In this document: positions 1-9,854 of the stretch, in pieces
Layout: the number at the start of each line of letters is the position of its first letter
Numbering within the stretch: position 1 is the stretch's first letter
Origin: Candidatus Poribacteria bacterium
Lineage (GTDB): Bacteria > Poribacteria > WGA-4E > WGA-3G
Direction of reading: 5' to 3'
Assembly (NCBI GenBank): GCA_958295815.1
Contig: OY282374.1
Location: 514,856 to 578,855, forward strand
DNA: 64,000 nucleotides
Notes under the pieces: generated by a model
Database searches by the model: none
What the model was told of the DNA's origin: nothing
The model's input: the letters and a program-made list of their open reading frames with translations, nothing else
Program-made: the position numbers and the translations under genes

Positions 1-7
1 GGGTAGA

Positions 8-505
8 TTGGGCACTTTCTTCGGTTATCAAAGTTACGGTGTTGTGCCGGATGTGATTACGATGGCAAAAGCACTCGGTAGCGGTGTGCCAATCGGCGCG
101 ATGTTAGCAAAACGGAAAATAGCAGAGAGTTTTGTCCCCGGCACCCACGCTGCGACATTCGGTGGAAATCCGTTGGTCACAGCAGCAGCAGCCACAACCG
201 TTAGAACCATCTTAGAAGAGAATCTTGCCGTGAACGCCGTCAAAATGGGGAATTACCTTGCTGGTGGGCTGATGGAACTAAAAGACAAGTATCCCGTCAA
301 AGAGGTGCGTGGGAAAGGCTTGCTTCGGGGCTTAGTCATGGATGTCGATGCCAAACCACTCGCTGCACAGTGTATTGAAAACGGGCTCGTCACGATATGC
401 ACTAACGATTACGTTCTCCGATTCTTACCGCCCCTGAATATCAACGCAGGTCATGTTGAGGAGGCTGTAGGTATCGTTGAAAAATCGATGTCGGAAGTTC
501 TTTAA
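8..505 (+). CDS. argD: class-III PLP aminotransferase, acetylornithine aminotransferase-like, C-terminal part (5' end outside window)
   Basis: translation matches ArgD-type C-terminus (GKGLLRGLVMD...VLRFLPPLNI). Confidence 0.7.
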   Translation: MGTFFGYQSYGVVPDVITMAKALGSGVPIGAMLAKRKIAESFVPGTHAATFGGNPLVTAAAATTVRTILEENLAVNAVKMGNYLAGGLMELKDKYPVKEVRGKGLLRGLVMDVDAKPLAAQCIENGLVTICTNDYVLRFLPPLNINAGHVEEAVGIVEKSMSEVL

Positions 506-1435
506 ATGCGATACATCGCTTCCACAATCTTGACAGGTAGGAGCGATCTCCGAATCGCGACTTCTTCACCCAACCATCGATCGCCGCTAAGTTTAAAAAA
601 CCTAGCTGCACGGGCAGAAATCTGTGTCTTATGTCTTTTCCTTGCAGTTGTTGGATGTGTTGGTACAAAGACGATTGAGTTGTCCCCCGCAACTCGTGCC
701 GAATTAGATACTATCCTCAACACACTGCAGGTGAGATACGATCTGACCGGTTCCTTGAAAATTATTCGGATGATGGTAACGATTGAGGAGGGCGAGCAGA
801 GCGAGGAGCTTCGCGAATTGTTATGGTATAAAAAATCGGAGAACGGTGGGGAATTGCTCCATATCCAAGCGTTAGGACCGATCAATGAACCGCGCGGGAT
901 CGCAATCGCCAATCAGGACAAAAACCAGTTCATGCTTCGTCTTCTGAACGAGCAGAAAGCGTACCTCGGTCCACTGTCCGACGGTGCTTTGCAGGAGATT
1001 TTCGGCATCGATCTACGCGTGTCGGATGTGTTAAGTGCCATTTTCGCGAATCCGTTTCTTGACGGACGCACTGATGAATTCATATCGGTTGAAAGTTCTG
1101 GGGCGAAATTTATCATTGCGCGTCCGGGTATCCAAGAGGGACATGTGGAGACCATTACGCTCTTTATCCGAGAGGAGGAACCGCGGGTTGCCGAGTGGCA
1201 TATCCACGATGAGAACGGAACGCTTCAGCAACGCGCCGCTTTCTCTGACTATCGCGAAGTCGGTGGCATTCTCCGAGCTCACAAGGTCGAAATTGAACGT
1301 CCGCTTGACGAGACACGAGTCGTTGTGAAAATTGCCAAAGTCGAACTGAATGTTGAGATTAAAGATAGTAAGTTCGATGTTGAACCCTTTCTGGGTGAAG
1401 ATATCGAAATTATCCCGTTGTCGGAGTTGGAGTAG
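506..1435 (+). CDS. LolB/LolA-like (DUF4292-like) lipoprotein; start codon uncertain
   Basis: hydrophobic h-region ending in lipobox-like VVGC; sits directly upstream of ispE as lolB does in lolB-ispE operons. Confidence 0.45.
   Translation: MRYIASTILTGRSDLRIATSSPNHRSPLSLKNLAARAEICVLCLFLAVVGCVGTKTIELSPATRAELDTILNTLQVRYDLTGSLKIIRMMVTIEEGEQSEELRELLWYKKSENGGELLHIQALGPINEPRGIAIANQDKNQFMLRLLNEQKAYLGPLSDGALQEIFGIDLRVSDVLSAIFANPFLDGRTDEFISVESSGAKFIIARPGIQEGHVETITLFIREEEPRVAEWHIHDENGTLQQRAAFSDYREVGGILRAHKVEIERPLDETRVVVKIAKVELNVEIKDSKFDVEPFLGEDIEIIPLSELE
538..562. repeat. solo degenerate copy of hairpin repeat family A (taggagCgatctccgaatcGcgac)
   Basis: 22/24 identity to the 26-nt unit found in arrays at 19.1, 35.9 and 62.7 kb; hairpin retained by compensatory change (gcgat/atcgc). 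Confidence 0.5.
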
Positions 1436-1446
1436 TAGCAAGAATT

Positions 1447-2325
1447 GTGCAAGACATACGGGTTCGCGCCCATGCGAAAATCAATCTCTATCTGGATGTC
1501 GTGGGCAAACGCGAGGACGGCTATCATAACCTCGAAACGATCTTCCACTCAATCGGCTTGCATGATGATGTCATCATTCGTAAACAGGAGACGAAGGGGA
1601 TAACGGTTCACTGTGAGCATCCAGCGGTTCCGTGTGATTCCAGCAACTTGGCACACCGTGCGGCACAATGCCTCAGCGATGAAGTCGGTGGCATTGGTGG
1701 CATCACAATTGACATCTGCAAGCGAATTCCGGTCGCAGCCGGTCTCGCCGGAGGAAGTGCCAACGCTGCCGCAGTTCTTCACGGTGTGAATCAACTCTTT
1801 GAACTCGGTTTAACACAGGACCTGTTGATGCACCTTGGGTCACAATTGGGTGCGGATGTTCCGTTTTGTTTGCACGGTGGGGCGGCGTTAGGACTCGGCA
1901 TTGGCGAGCGACTCACGCGCCTTCCCGCGCTTTCTGATATATCCCTCCTCCTTTTGAACCCGGGTATTGAAGTTTCGACGGCATCGGTTTTTAAGAAATT
2001 AAATTTTTCCTTGACAAAGCGCAAGCAAGCGGGTATAATTATAAAGACTTACGTGGAGAAGAGTGATGTTGTTGGCATCGGGGAAAACCTTTACAATTGT
2101 CTTGAGATGCCAGTATTTTCCGAGTATCCCGAAGTCGGTGTGCTGAAAGATGAGTTATCTACGCAGGCTGGGTGTTACGGCGCATTGATGTCGGGGAGTG
2201 GTGCTACGGTTTTCGCTATTGTGTATAATAGGGACGCTGCACACCGGAGCGAGTCACACTTCAAAAGTAGAGTCAGTTTTTGCACATCTACGGTAACCAG
2301 CCCTGTTGGTGTGTATGTATATTGA
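1447..2325 (+). CDS. ispE: 4-diphosphocytidyl-2-C-methyl-D-erythritol kinase
   Basis: N-terminal RVRAHAKINLYLDVVGKREDGYH and C-terminal MSGSGATVFAI GHMP-kinase motifs. Confidence 0.9.
   Translation: MQDIRVRAHAKINLYLDVVGKREDGYHNLETIFHSIGLHDDVIIRKQETKGITVHCEHPAVPCDSSNLAHRAAQCLSDEVGGIGGITIDICKRIPVAAGLAGGSANAAAVLHGVNQLFELGLTQDLLMHLGSQLGADVPFCLHGGAALGLGIGERLTRLPALSDISLLLLNPGIEVSTASVFKKLNFSLTKRKQAGIIIKTYVEKSDVVGIGENLYNCLEMPVFSEYPEVGVLKDELSTQAGCYGALMSGSGATVFAIVYNRDAAHRSESHFKSRVSFCTSTVTSPVGVYVY
2011..2039 (+). promoter_or_regulatory. perfect sigma-70 consensus TTGACA-N17-TATAAT embedded in ispE coding sequence
   Basis: ttgacaaagcgcaagcaagcgggtataat read directly from the sequence. Confidence 0.4.
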
Positions 2326-2333
2326 TGAATTGA

Positions 2334-2405
2334 AGGGCGGTGGCCAAGCGGTAAGGCACAGGTCTTTGGAACCTGCATGCGTAGGTTCGAATCCTACCCG
2401 CCCTG
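2334..2405 (+). tRNA. tRNA-Gln (anticodon TTG), CCA not encoded
   Basis: 7-bp acceptor stem AGGGCGG/CCGCCCT, D-loop GCCAAGCGGTAAGGC as in E. coli tRNA-Gln, anticodon loop CTTTGGA, T-arm GTAGGTTCGAATCCTAC. Confidence 0.85.
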
Positions 2406-2517
2406 TCTCCTTTTTAAACAAGATCTTCTAATCGCGACCTTTTCTTAAAGTAAAACACGGCGCGATTGTTATAGGACTATAGAACGCATCTTACCTAACG
2501 ATGCATGGACAAGAAAA

Positions 2518-3204
2518 ATGCAACAAGCAAAATTAGAAGTTCAATCACGCCACGCTTTCGGCAAGCAGAACACGCGGGCACTCCGGCGTGAAGGTGAAGT
2601 TCCAGCCGTTTTATATGGACGTGCGCAAGACACTGTAGCGATTCAACTTAACGCCCGGATTTTCAAGCAATTCCTACGCACGCACGGTGAAAACGTTATC
2701 ATTAATATGGAAGTTAGTGGTGGGAACGACGAAACTGTCATTATCAAAGAAATCCAGCGCGATCCGGTGGAGAAGCATCAACTCCTTCACGCTGATTTTA
2801 TCAGGATATCGCTCGATGAACCTGTAACCTCAACTGTTCCCCTGATTTTGGTAGGCACCCCTCTCGGTATTGAGGAAGGTGGCGTTCTTGAAGCCCCGCT
2901 CCGTCAACTGACCCTTCACTGTCTGCCTATGCAACTGCCCACGGATATTTCTATTGATGTCAGCGAATTGGATATAGGGGACACGATCCACATATCTGAT
3001 TTAAGCCTCAGTGATGAAATTGAGATCATGGACGAATCCGATCGGATTATTGCGATGGTGAGCCAACCGCGGATCCAACTCGAAGAAGAGGTTGAAGATG
3101 CTGAAGTTGAAGGTGAACTTGAAGGTGAAGAAGCCACTGAAGAGCAGCCCACGGAACCTGAGGTTATTTCCCGTAGGCGGAGCGATGACGAGGCAGAAGA
3201 ATAA
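2518..3204 (+). CDS. rplY: 50S ribosomal protein L25 / general stress protein Ctc, with acidic C-terminal extension
   Basis: L25/Ctc N-terminal domain (AFGKQNTRALRREGEVPAVLYG) plus Glu/Asp-rich tail. Confidence 0.9.
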   Translation: MQQAKLEVQSRHAFGKQNTRALRREGEVPAVLYGRAQDTVAIQLNARIFKQFLRTHGENVIINMEVSGGNDETVIIKEIQRDPVEKHQLLHADFIRISLDEPVTSTVPLILVGTPLGIEEGGVLEAPLRQLTLHCLPMQLPTDISIDVSELDIGDTIHISDLSLSDEIEIMDESDRIIAMVSQPRIQLEEEVEDAEVEGELEGEEATEEQPTEPEVISRRRSDDEAEE

Positions 3205-3214
3205 CGTTGTCTAT

Positions 3215-4387
3215 ATGCAAAAGAAGCCACGAGAAGTACGCGTGAACAGCCGTTCTGTAGCTGTTTGCGCGTTTTTTTTAGGTGTTCTTGCCTTGTCTAT
3301 TGCACCCAACGGTATTGCCCAAGAACCGGATGTTCATTTTATTGATGTTGATGGGAAAACAATCGCAAAGGTGCCCGCGCAGCTCAAAGATGAGAACGTT
3401 TACCTCTCCGTTGACGCTATAAAACGCGTTTTCGATCCCGCAATGATGCACCAGTATAACCACCCCCGAAAACGACTCACCCTCAAAACGAAGAACAAGC
3501 AGATTCGCTTGCAGATGGGCAGGCCGACAGTTAGTATTGATCCAGGTGGAAGGGTACTCACGCTTCCGACACCTCCGATAATTATTGCACAGCAGCCAAT
3601 GGTGCCGATTGCTTTCTTCATACAACTCCTGCCAATTCTCAATGATGTTGAGGTGATCTATAATCCGAGTCTAAGAAGAGTCCGGATGAGGCCTAAAGGG
3701 ACTTGGACACCTGTCGAGGAAACTAATTCCCAGAGTTGGGCGATCATCATCGACCCCGGACACGGTGGCACGGAGGATCGCGGATGCGAAGGGAACACTG
3801 GGCTTCTTGAAAAAGATGTCGTCCTTTCGCTTGCAAAACAGATCCAACAAATTAGTAAACAGGAGCGTATGCAGGTTTACCTCACCCGTAAGACAGATAC
3901 GAAAAAAACACACTTTGAGCGTATTCAGGTTGCTAACCGAAACGAAGGGAAACTTTTTCTCAGTTTACACTGCAACGCATCTTTTTCACCGCACGAGAAA
4001 GGTATCAAGATTTACCTCAATAACCCCAAAGGACAACTTCGGTTCCCAAGTACTGTCGGTCAGTCCGCCGCAGGACAGAGATTAAAGATCCTTGCCCAAG
4101 CCAATTTTTTGAAGCAGAGCCGAGACTTGGCAGCTGCCCTACAAACAGAACTAAATTTTCTAACAGAAATTCCAGTTGAGACTACCGAGTTACCGCTTGT
4201 GACGTTATCTGAAATTTATATGCCAGCTGTTGTTTTGGAACTCGGTTATCTTTCTAATGTTGAGGATTTAGAGAAACTCTCTAATCCTGAGTATGTTACG
4301 AGCATTGCACAAGCCGTCACCCGTGCTATCCGGCACTACGTCTCTTCTGTTAATCGGTCTGTTCCGACAACAGTGTCAGAACAGTAG
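3215..4387 (+). CDS. N-acetylmuramoyl-L-alanine amidase (Amidase_3) with N-terminal beta-domain and signal peptide
   Basis: AIIIDPGHGG...LSLHCNAS amidase_3 signature; ATG at 3215 chosen because the longer ORF (3092) overlaps rplY in another frame. Confidence 0.8.
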   Translation: MQKKPREVRVNSRSVAVCAFFLGVLALSIAPNGIAQEPDVHFIDVDGKTIAKVPAQLKDENVYLSVDAIKRVFDPAMMHQYNHPRKRLTLKTKNKQIRLQMGRPTVSIDPGGRVLTLPTPPIIIAQQPMVPIAFFIQLLPILNDVEVIYNPSLRRVRMRPKGTWTPVEETNSQSWAIIIDPGHGGTEDRGCEGNTGLLEKDVVLSLAKQIQQISKQERMQVYLTRKTDTKKTHFERIQVANRNEGKLFLSLHCNASFSPHEKGIKIYLNNPKGQLRFPSTVGQSAAGQRLKILAQANFLKQSRDLAAALQTELNFLTEIPVETTELPLVTLSEIYMPAVVLELGYLSNVEDLEKLSNPEYVTSIAQAVTRAIRHYVSSVNRSVPTTVSEQ

Positions 4388-4398
4388 TGTAACCCAAG

Positions 4399-5103
4399 TT
4401 GCTACTAACAAATTTTGGATATGTCAACAAGGTTTTTCATGCACTGTCCACACCCCAGAAGGGTGATATGTCTATAGAATCTTCCACAACATGTAACGAG
4501 GACAAAATAGTGGAATATAACAACAGTGCTGGCTTTTCGAGGCTCTTAGTGATATGGGGAATGACCCTTGTTGTTGTCGCAGTTGCTCTCGGTGTGACAT
4601 TGTACCTGATTAACCAATCAAAACAAGAGGTTATTCCTACTGCTCCACCGCCGTTACCTGTTGCTGCGAACCCATCAGATACACCACCGCCCCCTCAAGA
4701 AGTCAATTTGTTTCTGCTGGATCCGGCTGCGTTTACACTTGTCCCGGTTAAAATTGAACGGCGACTTCATACGGAACTTACCAAGCGTTTGAGTCAAGTG
4801 GTCAAGGCACTTATCCAAGAAACGCCTCCTAACTTTAGGAATCCCATTCCTCGTGGCACACTCCTCAACGAGGTCTATGTTGACAGCCAACAGACTGCCT
4901 ACTTGGATTTTTCAAGTCATCTTACTGACGGGCATATCGGTGGCACGACTGCTGAGGGTTTAACCGTCATGGCGATACTTAAGACCGTCTTTGATGCCTT
5001 CCCTGATGACATTAAACAGGTTCAGATTCTAATTGATGGTAACCAAGTGAAGACGCTTGCAGGTCATCTTAACCTCTCACAGCCTCTGCATTTTTTTGAT
5101 TGA
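4399..5103 (+). CDS. GerMN-domain membrane-anchored protein
   Basis: single TM, Pro-rich linker, GerMN-like C-terminal domain (YLDFSSHLTDG...ILIDGNQV); GerMN genes commonly partner amidases. Confidence 0.5.
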   Translation: MLLTNFGYVNKVFHALSTPQKGDMSIESSTTCNEDKIVEYNNSAGFSRLLVIWGMTLVVVAVALGVTLYLINQSKQEVIPTAPPPLPVAANPSDTPPPPQEVNLFLLDPAAFTLVPVKIERRLHTELTKRLSQVVKALIQETPPNFRNPIPRGTLLNEVYVDSQQTAYLDFSSHLTDGHIGGTTAEGLTVMAILKTVFDAFPDDIKQVQILIDGNQVKTLAGHLNLSQPLHFFD

Positions 5104-5178
5104 GGTATGTGTGAGGGAAATATAAGCAATCGCCACAAATTCTTAACCGACCACTAATAACTAACCACCACGAAAAAA

Positions 5179-5769
5179 ATGAAACTTATTGTTGGGCTTG
5201 GAAATCCCGGGCTGCGCTACCAATACACTAAACATAACATCGGTTTTCGCGTAATTGATGCCCTCCACGAAAAAACGCAACACAATCGGCAGATCTCGCG
5301 CCATATACAAACATCGGTCTGCAAATCGCTTGTTATGCAAACAACATGGCACGACACGTCCGTTATCCTCGCGAAACCGATGACATATATGAACAACAGT
5401 GGCGTCGCTGTTGCTGCACTCGTCAATCGGTTTGAGGTGCCGCTCTCGCAACTCTGTGTCGTCTATGATGATGTGCATTTGGACATCGGGGTCCTCCGAA
5501 TACGACAGAAGGGAAGCGATGGCGGACAAAAGGGGATGAAGTCTATCATTCATCGCTTGGGTACAAACGAATTTCCGCGCTTACGTATCGGTATTGGCGA
5601 ACCGGTCGGTAATATGGTGGATTACGTCCTAACAGAATTTTCGGAAGCCGAAGAGATAGAGATTGAACCGACTATTCATCGAGCAGTTGATGCTGTTGAA
5701 GCGTTTGTTACAGATGACATCCTTACAGTCATGAATCGGTTTAACAGACGCGAACCGGTCGGAAAATGA
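5179..5769 (+). CDS. pth: peptidyl-tRNA hydrolase
   Basis: MKLIVGLGNPG...HN.G, PMTYMNNSG and RLRIGIG motifs. Confidence 0.9.
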   Translation: MKLIVGLGNPGLRYQYTKHNIGFRVIDALHEKTQHNRQISRHIQTSVCKSLVMQTTWHDTSVILAKPMTYMNNSGVAVAALVNRFEVPLSQLCVVYDDVHLDIGVLRIRQKGSDGGQKGMKSIIHRLGTNEFPRLRIGIGEPVGNMVDYVLTEFSEAEEIEIEPTIHRAVDAVEAFVTDDILTVMNRFNRREPVGK

Positions 5770-5801
5770 GATAGCAGGACATTGGATATTAAATTTTTCA
5801 G

Positions 5802-5830
5802 TTGACGTGATCGCCAAGTTGTCGTATAAT
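5802..5830 (+). promoter_or_regulatory. sigma-70-type promoter TTGACG-N17-TATAAT upstream of hen1-pnkp
   Basis: ttgacgtgatcgccaagttgtcgtataat, about 45 nt upstream of the hen1 start. Confidence 0.5.
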
Positions 5831-5874
5831 GCGTTATATTCTCTTTTGACTCCCTGTATTTCTTACCTATCGCT

Positions 5875-7293
5875 ATGTTGCTGACAATATCAACCACGTA
5901 TCCTCCTGCAACCGACCTCGGTTATTTGTTGCATAAACACCCATCACGAATTCAATCCTTTAAGCTCGCCTTTGGTCAAGCACACGTCTATTACCCAGAG
6001 GCACATGCTGAGAGGTGCACGGCAGCACTGCTTCTTGATGTTGATTCGGTTGGACTTACCCGCCGTCCGCACGGACAGTTCTCGGAAAATTTCGCACTGG
6101 CGCAGTACGTCAGTGATCGTCCTTACGTTGCTTCGTCGTTTTTGAGCGTCGCGATCGCGCGGGTGTTTAGCAGTGCGTTGTCGGGCAAGTGCAAAGAACA
6201 TCCAGACCTCGCTGAGACCGCTATTCCTTTACGTGCAAAATTATCCATCTTGCCATGTCGTGGAGGAGAGGAATTGTTGCGACGACTTTTCGAGCCGCTG
6301 GGTTATATAGTAGAGGCAGAACGACATGCGCTGGATGCTCAATTCTCGGATTGGGGAGAGAGCCGTTATTTTACAGTGACGCTCGAAAACACCTGTCGCT
6401 TGAGCGAACTCCTCACACATCTTTACATTCTGATGCCTGTACTTGACGACGAAAAACACTATTGGGTTGACGATGCCGAGATCGAAAAACTGTCAAGGCG
6501 TGGTAATGATTGGCTTGCTGCGCATCCAGAACAAGAATCTATTGTCCGTCGCTATTTGAAACATCAACAAGGTCTTACGCGAAAGGCACTTGCCCAATTG
6601 CGCGAAGAAGATGTTCAACAAACTGACGAGCCGATTCAGCAAGAAGCAGAAGCGCAGGTTGAAGAACGAATGGGTCTCAACGATGTCCGTTTGGCTGCGG
6701 TCACTGAAGTCCTCAAACAATGTGGCGCGAAACGTGTTCTTGATTTGGGGTGTGGTGAAGGGAAACTTCTCCGAAGGTTATTGGCTGAAGACCAGTTTGA
6801 AGAGATCGTTGGAATGGATGTTTCACATCGCGCACTAAAGATCGCGCGGGAACGACTTCGTCACGATAGGTTGCCAGAGAAACAGAAAAAACGACTTCGT
6901 CTGTTCCAAGGGTCGCTCGGATATCGAGATAAACGCTTGGTTGGATACGATGCAGCTGTGGTTGTAGAGGTAATCGAACACTTAGATTTGCCACGACTTT
7001 CGGCTTTTGAGCGGGTGCTTTTTGAATCTGCCTGCCCCCGAACCGTGCTGCTGACAACACCAAACATAGAATACAACGTGAAATTTGAGAACCTACAGGC
7101 TGGACGCTTCCGACATAAAGACCACCGTTTCGAGTGGACGCGGGACGAATTTCAGTCCTGGGCAACCAGTATTTCTAACCGCTTTGGTTATACCGTTATG
7201 TTTCATTCAATCGGACCAGAGCATGAAGACGTCGGATCACCGACACAGATGGCAGTTTTTGTCCGAGAAGGTCGGGAAGGCAAAATAACATGA
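5875..7293 (+). CDS. hen1: bacterial Hen1 3'-terminal RNA ribose 2'-O-methyltransferase
   Basis: bacterial Hen1 N-terminal domain (ATDLGYLLHKHP) plus C-terminal SAM methyltransferase (VLDLGCGEGKLL); 4-nt ATGA overlap with pnkp. Confidence 0.85.
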   Translation: MLLTISTTYPPATDLGYLLHKHPSRIQSFKLAFGQAHVYYPEAHAERCTAALLLDVDSVGLTRRPHGQFSENFALAQYVSDRPYVASSFLSVAIARVFSSALSGKCKEHPDLAETAIPLRAKLSILPCRGGEELLRRLFEPLGYIVEAERHALDAQFSDWGESRYFTVTLENTCRLSELLTHLYILMPVLDDEKHYWVDDAEIEKLSRRGNDWLAAHPEQESIVRRYLKHQQGLTRKALAQLREEDVQQTDEPIQQEAEAQVEERMGLNDVRLAAVTEVLKQCGAKRVLDLGCGEGKLLRRLLAEDQFEEIVGMDVSHRALKIARERLRHDRLPEKQKKRLRLFQGSLGYRDKRLVGYDAAVVVEVIEHLDLPRLSAFERVLFESACPRTVLLTTPNIEYNVKFENLQAGRFRHKDHRFEWTRDEFQSWATSISNRFGYTVMFHSIGPEHEDVGSPTQMAVFVREGREGKIT

Positions 7294-9854
7294 TTATGCA
7301 AATTCCTGAACCTTCACTTGTCCTCCTTATTGGACCTTCCGGTTCAGGCAAGTCCACCTTTGCACGTAAGCATTTTAAGCCGACTGAGATTCTTTCATCG
7401 GATTTCTGCCGGGGGCTTGTTTCGGACGATGAGACCGACCAAACGGTAACGAAAGATGCATTCGAAGTGCTGCGTTTCATCGCAGCGAAACGGCTCGCTG
7501 CTGGGAAACTAACGGTCGTTGATGCAACAAACGTTCAGGCGGACGCACGAAAACCTTTGCTTGCATTGGCACGCGAATATCATTACTTAACTGTTGCCAT
7601 TGTATTTGACATGCCTACAAAACTTTGTCAGGAAAGAAATGAGGCGCGGCCCGACCGCGATTTCAAATCGTATGTCATCCGCCAGCAGCGTCAGCAACTA
7701 CGCCGTTCACTGCGTGGACTCAAACGTGAAGGTTTTCGGAACTTCATCTATGTGATGTCCACATCGGAAGCCGTTGAATCTGCATGTGTTGAGCGACAAC
7801 CACTGTGGACGAATCGTAGAGACGAGCAAGGACCATTTGACATCATTGGTGATATTCACGGCTGTTTTGACGAACTTGTTGAATTGCTCAAAGAACTCGG
7901 TTATGGAATCTCAACGCAGCCGAGCGGTGAAATCGTTGTTGAGCCGCCGCAGGGCAGAAAGGCGGTTTTCGTCGGAGATTTTGTTGACCGGGGTCCAAAG
8001 GTTCCCGAAGTGTTACGCTTGGTCATGGGAATGCAAAAGACTGGTGCAGCTATCTGCGTGCCCGGAAATCATGACGTGAAACTCGTACGTGCGCTCCGCG
8101 GCAAAAATGTGAAGCAAACACACGGGTTAGCGGAATCGTTATCTCAATTAGAGAAAACACCAACCGAATTTAAGACGCAAATCGCAGAATTCCTCGATGG
8201 TTTAGTGAGCCACTACGTACTTGACGACGGAAAGTTGGTCGTCGCACACGCTGGAATGAAGGCGGAATTACAAGGTAGGGCATCGGGACGCGTCCGAGAA
8301 TTCGCAATGTATGGAGAAACCACCGGGGAAACCGATGAGTTCGGCTTACCAATTCGGGTCAATTGGGCTGACGAATATCGTGGTGCTGCGATGGTTGTCT
8401 ATGGGCACACACCAGTTGCTGAGCCGCAGTGGGTAAACCAGACAATCAACATTGATACTGGATGTGTTTTTGGTGGCAAATTGACGGCGTTGCGGTATCC
8501 CGAAAAAGAACTCGTGTCTGTTCCCGCACACCAGACCTATTATGAACCGACCAAGCCGCTTCTTGATGAAGTGAACGAACTGCCTTCAGTCAAAACGCAG
8601 GCGTATGATGATGTCTTGGATATTAATGATGTGATGGGAAAGCGCGTTATCAGCACAAGGTTACATCACAACATAACAATCCGCGAAGAGAATACGATAA
8701 CCGCGCTTGAGACGATGAGCCGTTTCGCTGTGAATCCAAAATGGCTTATATACCTTCCACCGACAATGTCCCCAACTGAAACGACAAATAGCCCCGGTTT
8801 GCTTGAACATCCAGCAGAAGGGTTCACTTATTATCGTAGGCAGGGTATATCCAATGTCATCTGGGAAGAAAAACACATGGGATCCCGCGCTGTTGTTGTC
8901 GTTTGTCGGGATCCGGAAACTGCAAAAAGGCGATTTGGTGTTATCGGGGACACCCTCGGCATCTGTTATACACGAACCGGCAGACGTTTCTTTGAGGATG
9001 CCGCAATTGAAACTGAACTGTTAAGACAGGTAAAAGAAGCAATAGACAATGCCGATTATTGGAAAATCTTCGATACAGATTGGATCTGTCTTGACTGCGA
9101 GTTAATGCCTTGGTCGGTTAAGGCTCAGGAGCTGTTACGGCAACAATACGCGCCAGTGGGCACATCAGCTCGTATCGCTTTGGGAGAAGCTGTTGTCTCC
9201 TTAGAGATTGCCGCTGAACGAGATATTGACGTGAGCCATGTATTGGATGACTATCGTCAACGCACCGAAGCAGTGGCGGAATACGTTAAGGCTTATCAGC
9301 AATACTGCTGGCAGGTACAATCTGTCGCAGACCTGAAACTGGCTCCGTTCCATCTCCTTGCGACGGAAGGTGCCGTGTATTTCGACAAAGACCATCAGTG
9401 GCACATGCAAATGCTTACGAAACTCTGTCAAAGTTCTGAGAATGACCTATTGTTTGCAACTTCCTGCGGGGTAGTTGATGTGACTGATGACGCAAGTCAG
9501 GCTGAGGCGATTCGACTGTGGGAAGAACTCACGGCGCAGGGAGGCGAAGGCACAGTCATCAAACCTCTGGATTTTGTCGTTCATGGCAAACGAGGATTGA
9601 TACAACCCGCTGTAAAATGTCGCGGTCGTGAGTATCTCCGGATAATCTATGGACCTGAGTACACCTTGCCCCAGAACTTAGAACGTCTACGTTCCCGTGG
9701 GCTCTCTCGCAAACGTGCCCTCGCGCTCCGGGAGTTTGCATTGGGCGTTGAGGCACTTGAGCGTTTCGTTCGCCGTGAACCCTTATCTCGTGTTCACGAA
9801 TGCGTTTTCGGAATTTTAGCACTCGAAAGTGAGTCGGTTGATCCAAGGCTCTGA
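7290..9854 (+). CDS. pnkp: polynucleotide kinase-phosphatase Pnkp (kinase, metallophosphoesterase and ligase-like domains)
   Basis: P-loop GPSGSGKST kinase, calcineurin-like GDIHGC...GDFVDRGP...GNHD phosphatase, long C-terminal adenylyltransferase-like domain. Confidence 0.85.
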   Translation: MIMQIPEPSLVLLIGPSGSGKSTFARKHFKPTEILSSDFCRGLVSDDETDQTVTKDAFEVLRFIAAKRLAAGKLTVVDATNVQADARKPLLALAREYHYLTVAIVFDMPTKLCQERNEARPDRDFKSYVIRQQRQQLRRSLRGLKREGFRNFIYVMSTSEAVESACVERQPLWTNRRDEQGPFDIIGDIHGCFDELVELLKELGYGISTQPSGEIVVEPPQGRKAVFVGDFVDRGPKVPEVLRLVMGMQKTGAAICVPGNHDVKLVRALRGKNVKQTHGLAESLSQLEKTPTEFKTQIAEFLDGLVSHYVLDDGKLVVAHAGMKAELQGRASGRVREFAMYGETTGETDEFGLPIRVNWADEYRGAAMVVYGHTPVAEPQWVNQTINIDTGCVFGGKLTALRYPEKELVSVPAHQTYYEPTKPLLDEVNELPSVKTQAYDDVLDINDVMGKRVISTRLHHNITIREENTITALETMSRFAVNPKWLIYLPPTMSPTETTNSPGLLEHPAEGFTYYRRQGISNVIWEEKHMGSRAVVVVCRDPETAKRRFGVIGDTLGICYTRTGRRFFEDAAIETELLRQVKEAIDNADYWKIFDTDWICLDCELMPWSVKAQELLRQQYAPVGTSARIALGEAVVSLEIAAERDIDVSHVLDDYRQRTEAVAEYVKAYQQYCWQVQSVADLKLAPFHLLATEGAVYFDKDHQWHMQMLTKLCQSSENDLLFATSCGVVDVTDDASQAEAIRLWEELTAQGGEGTVIKPLDFVVHGKRGLIQPAVKCRGREYLRIIYGPEYTLPQNLERLRSRGLSRKRALALREFALGVEALERFVRREPLSRVHECVFGILALESESVDPRL

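Noticed and set aside
2334-2405. tRNA initially suspected to overlap the ispE 3' end
   Set aside because: Recounting places the ispE stop at 2323-2325 and the tRNA acceptor start at 2334; there is no overlap
3092-3214. Upstream extension of the amidase ORF from 3092
   Set aside because: It overlaps the rplY acidic tail in another frame; the signal peptide begins at the ATG at 3215
5161-5553. Antisense ORFs inside pth, coaBC (33832-34341), the SDR gene (36485-36946), the large membrane protein (12446-12703) and others
   Set aside because: They lie opposite well-supported genes and are low-complexity; typical shadow ORFs
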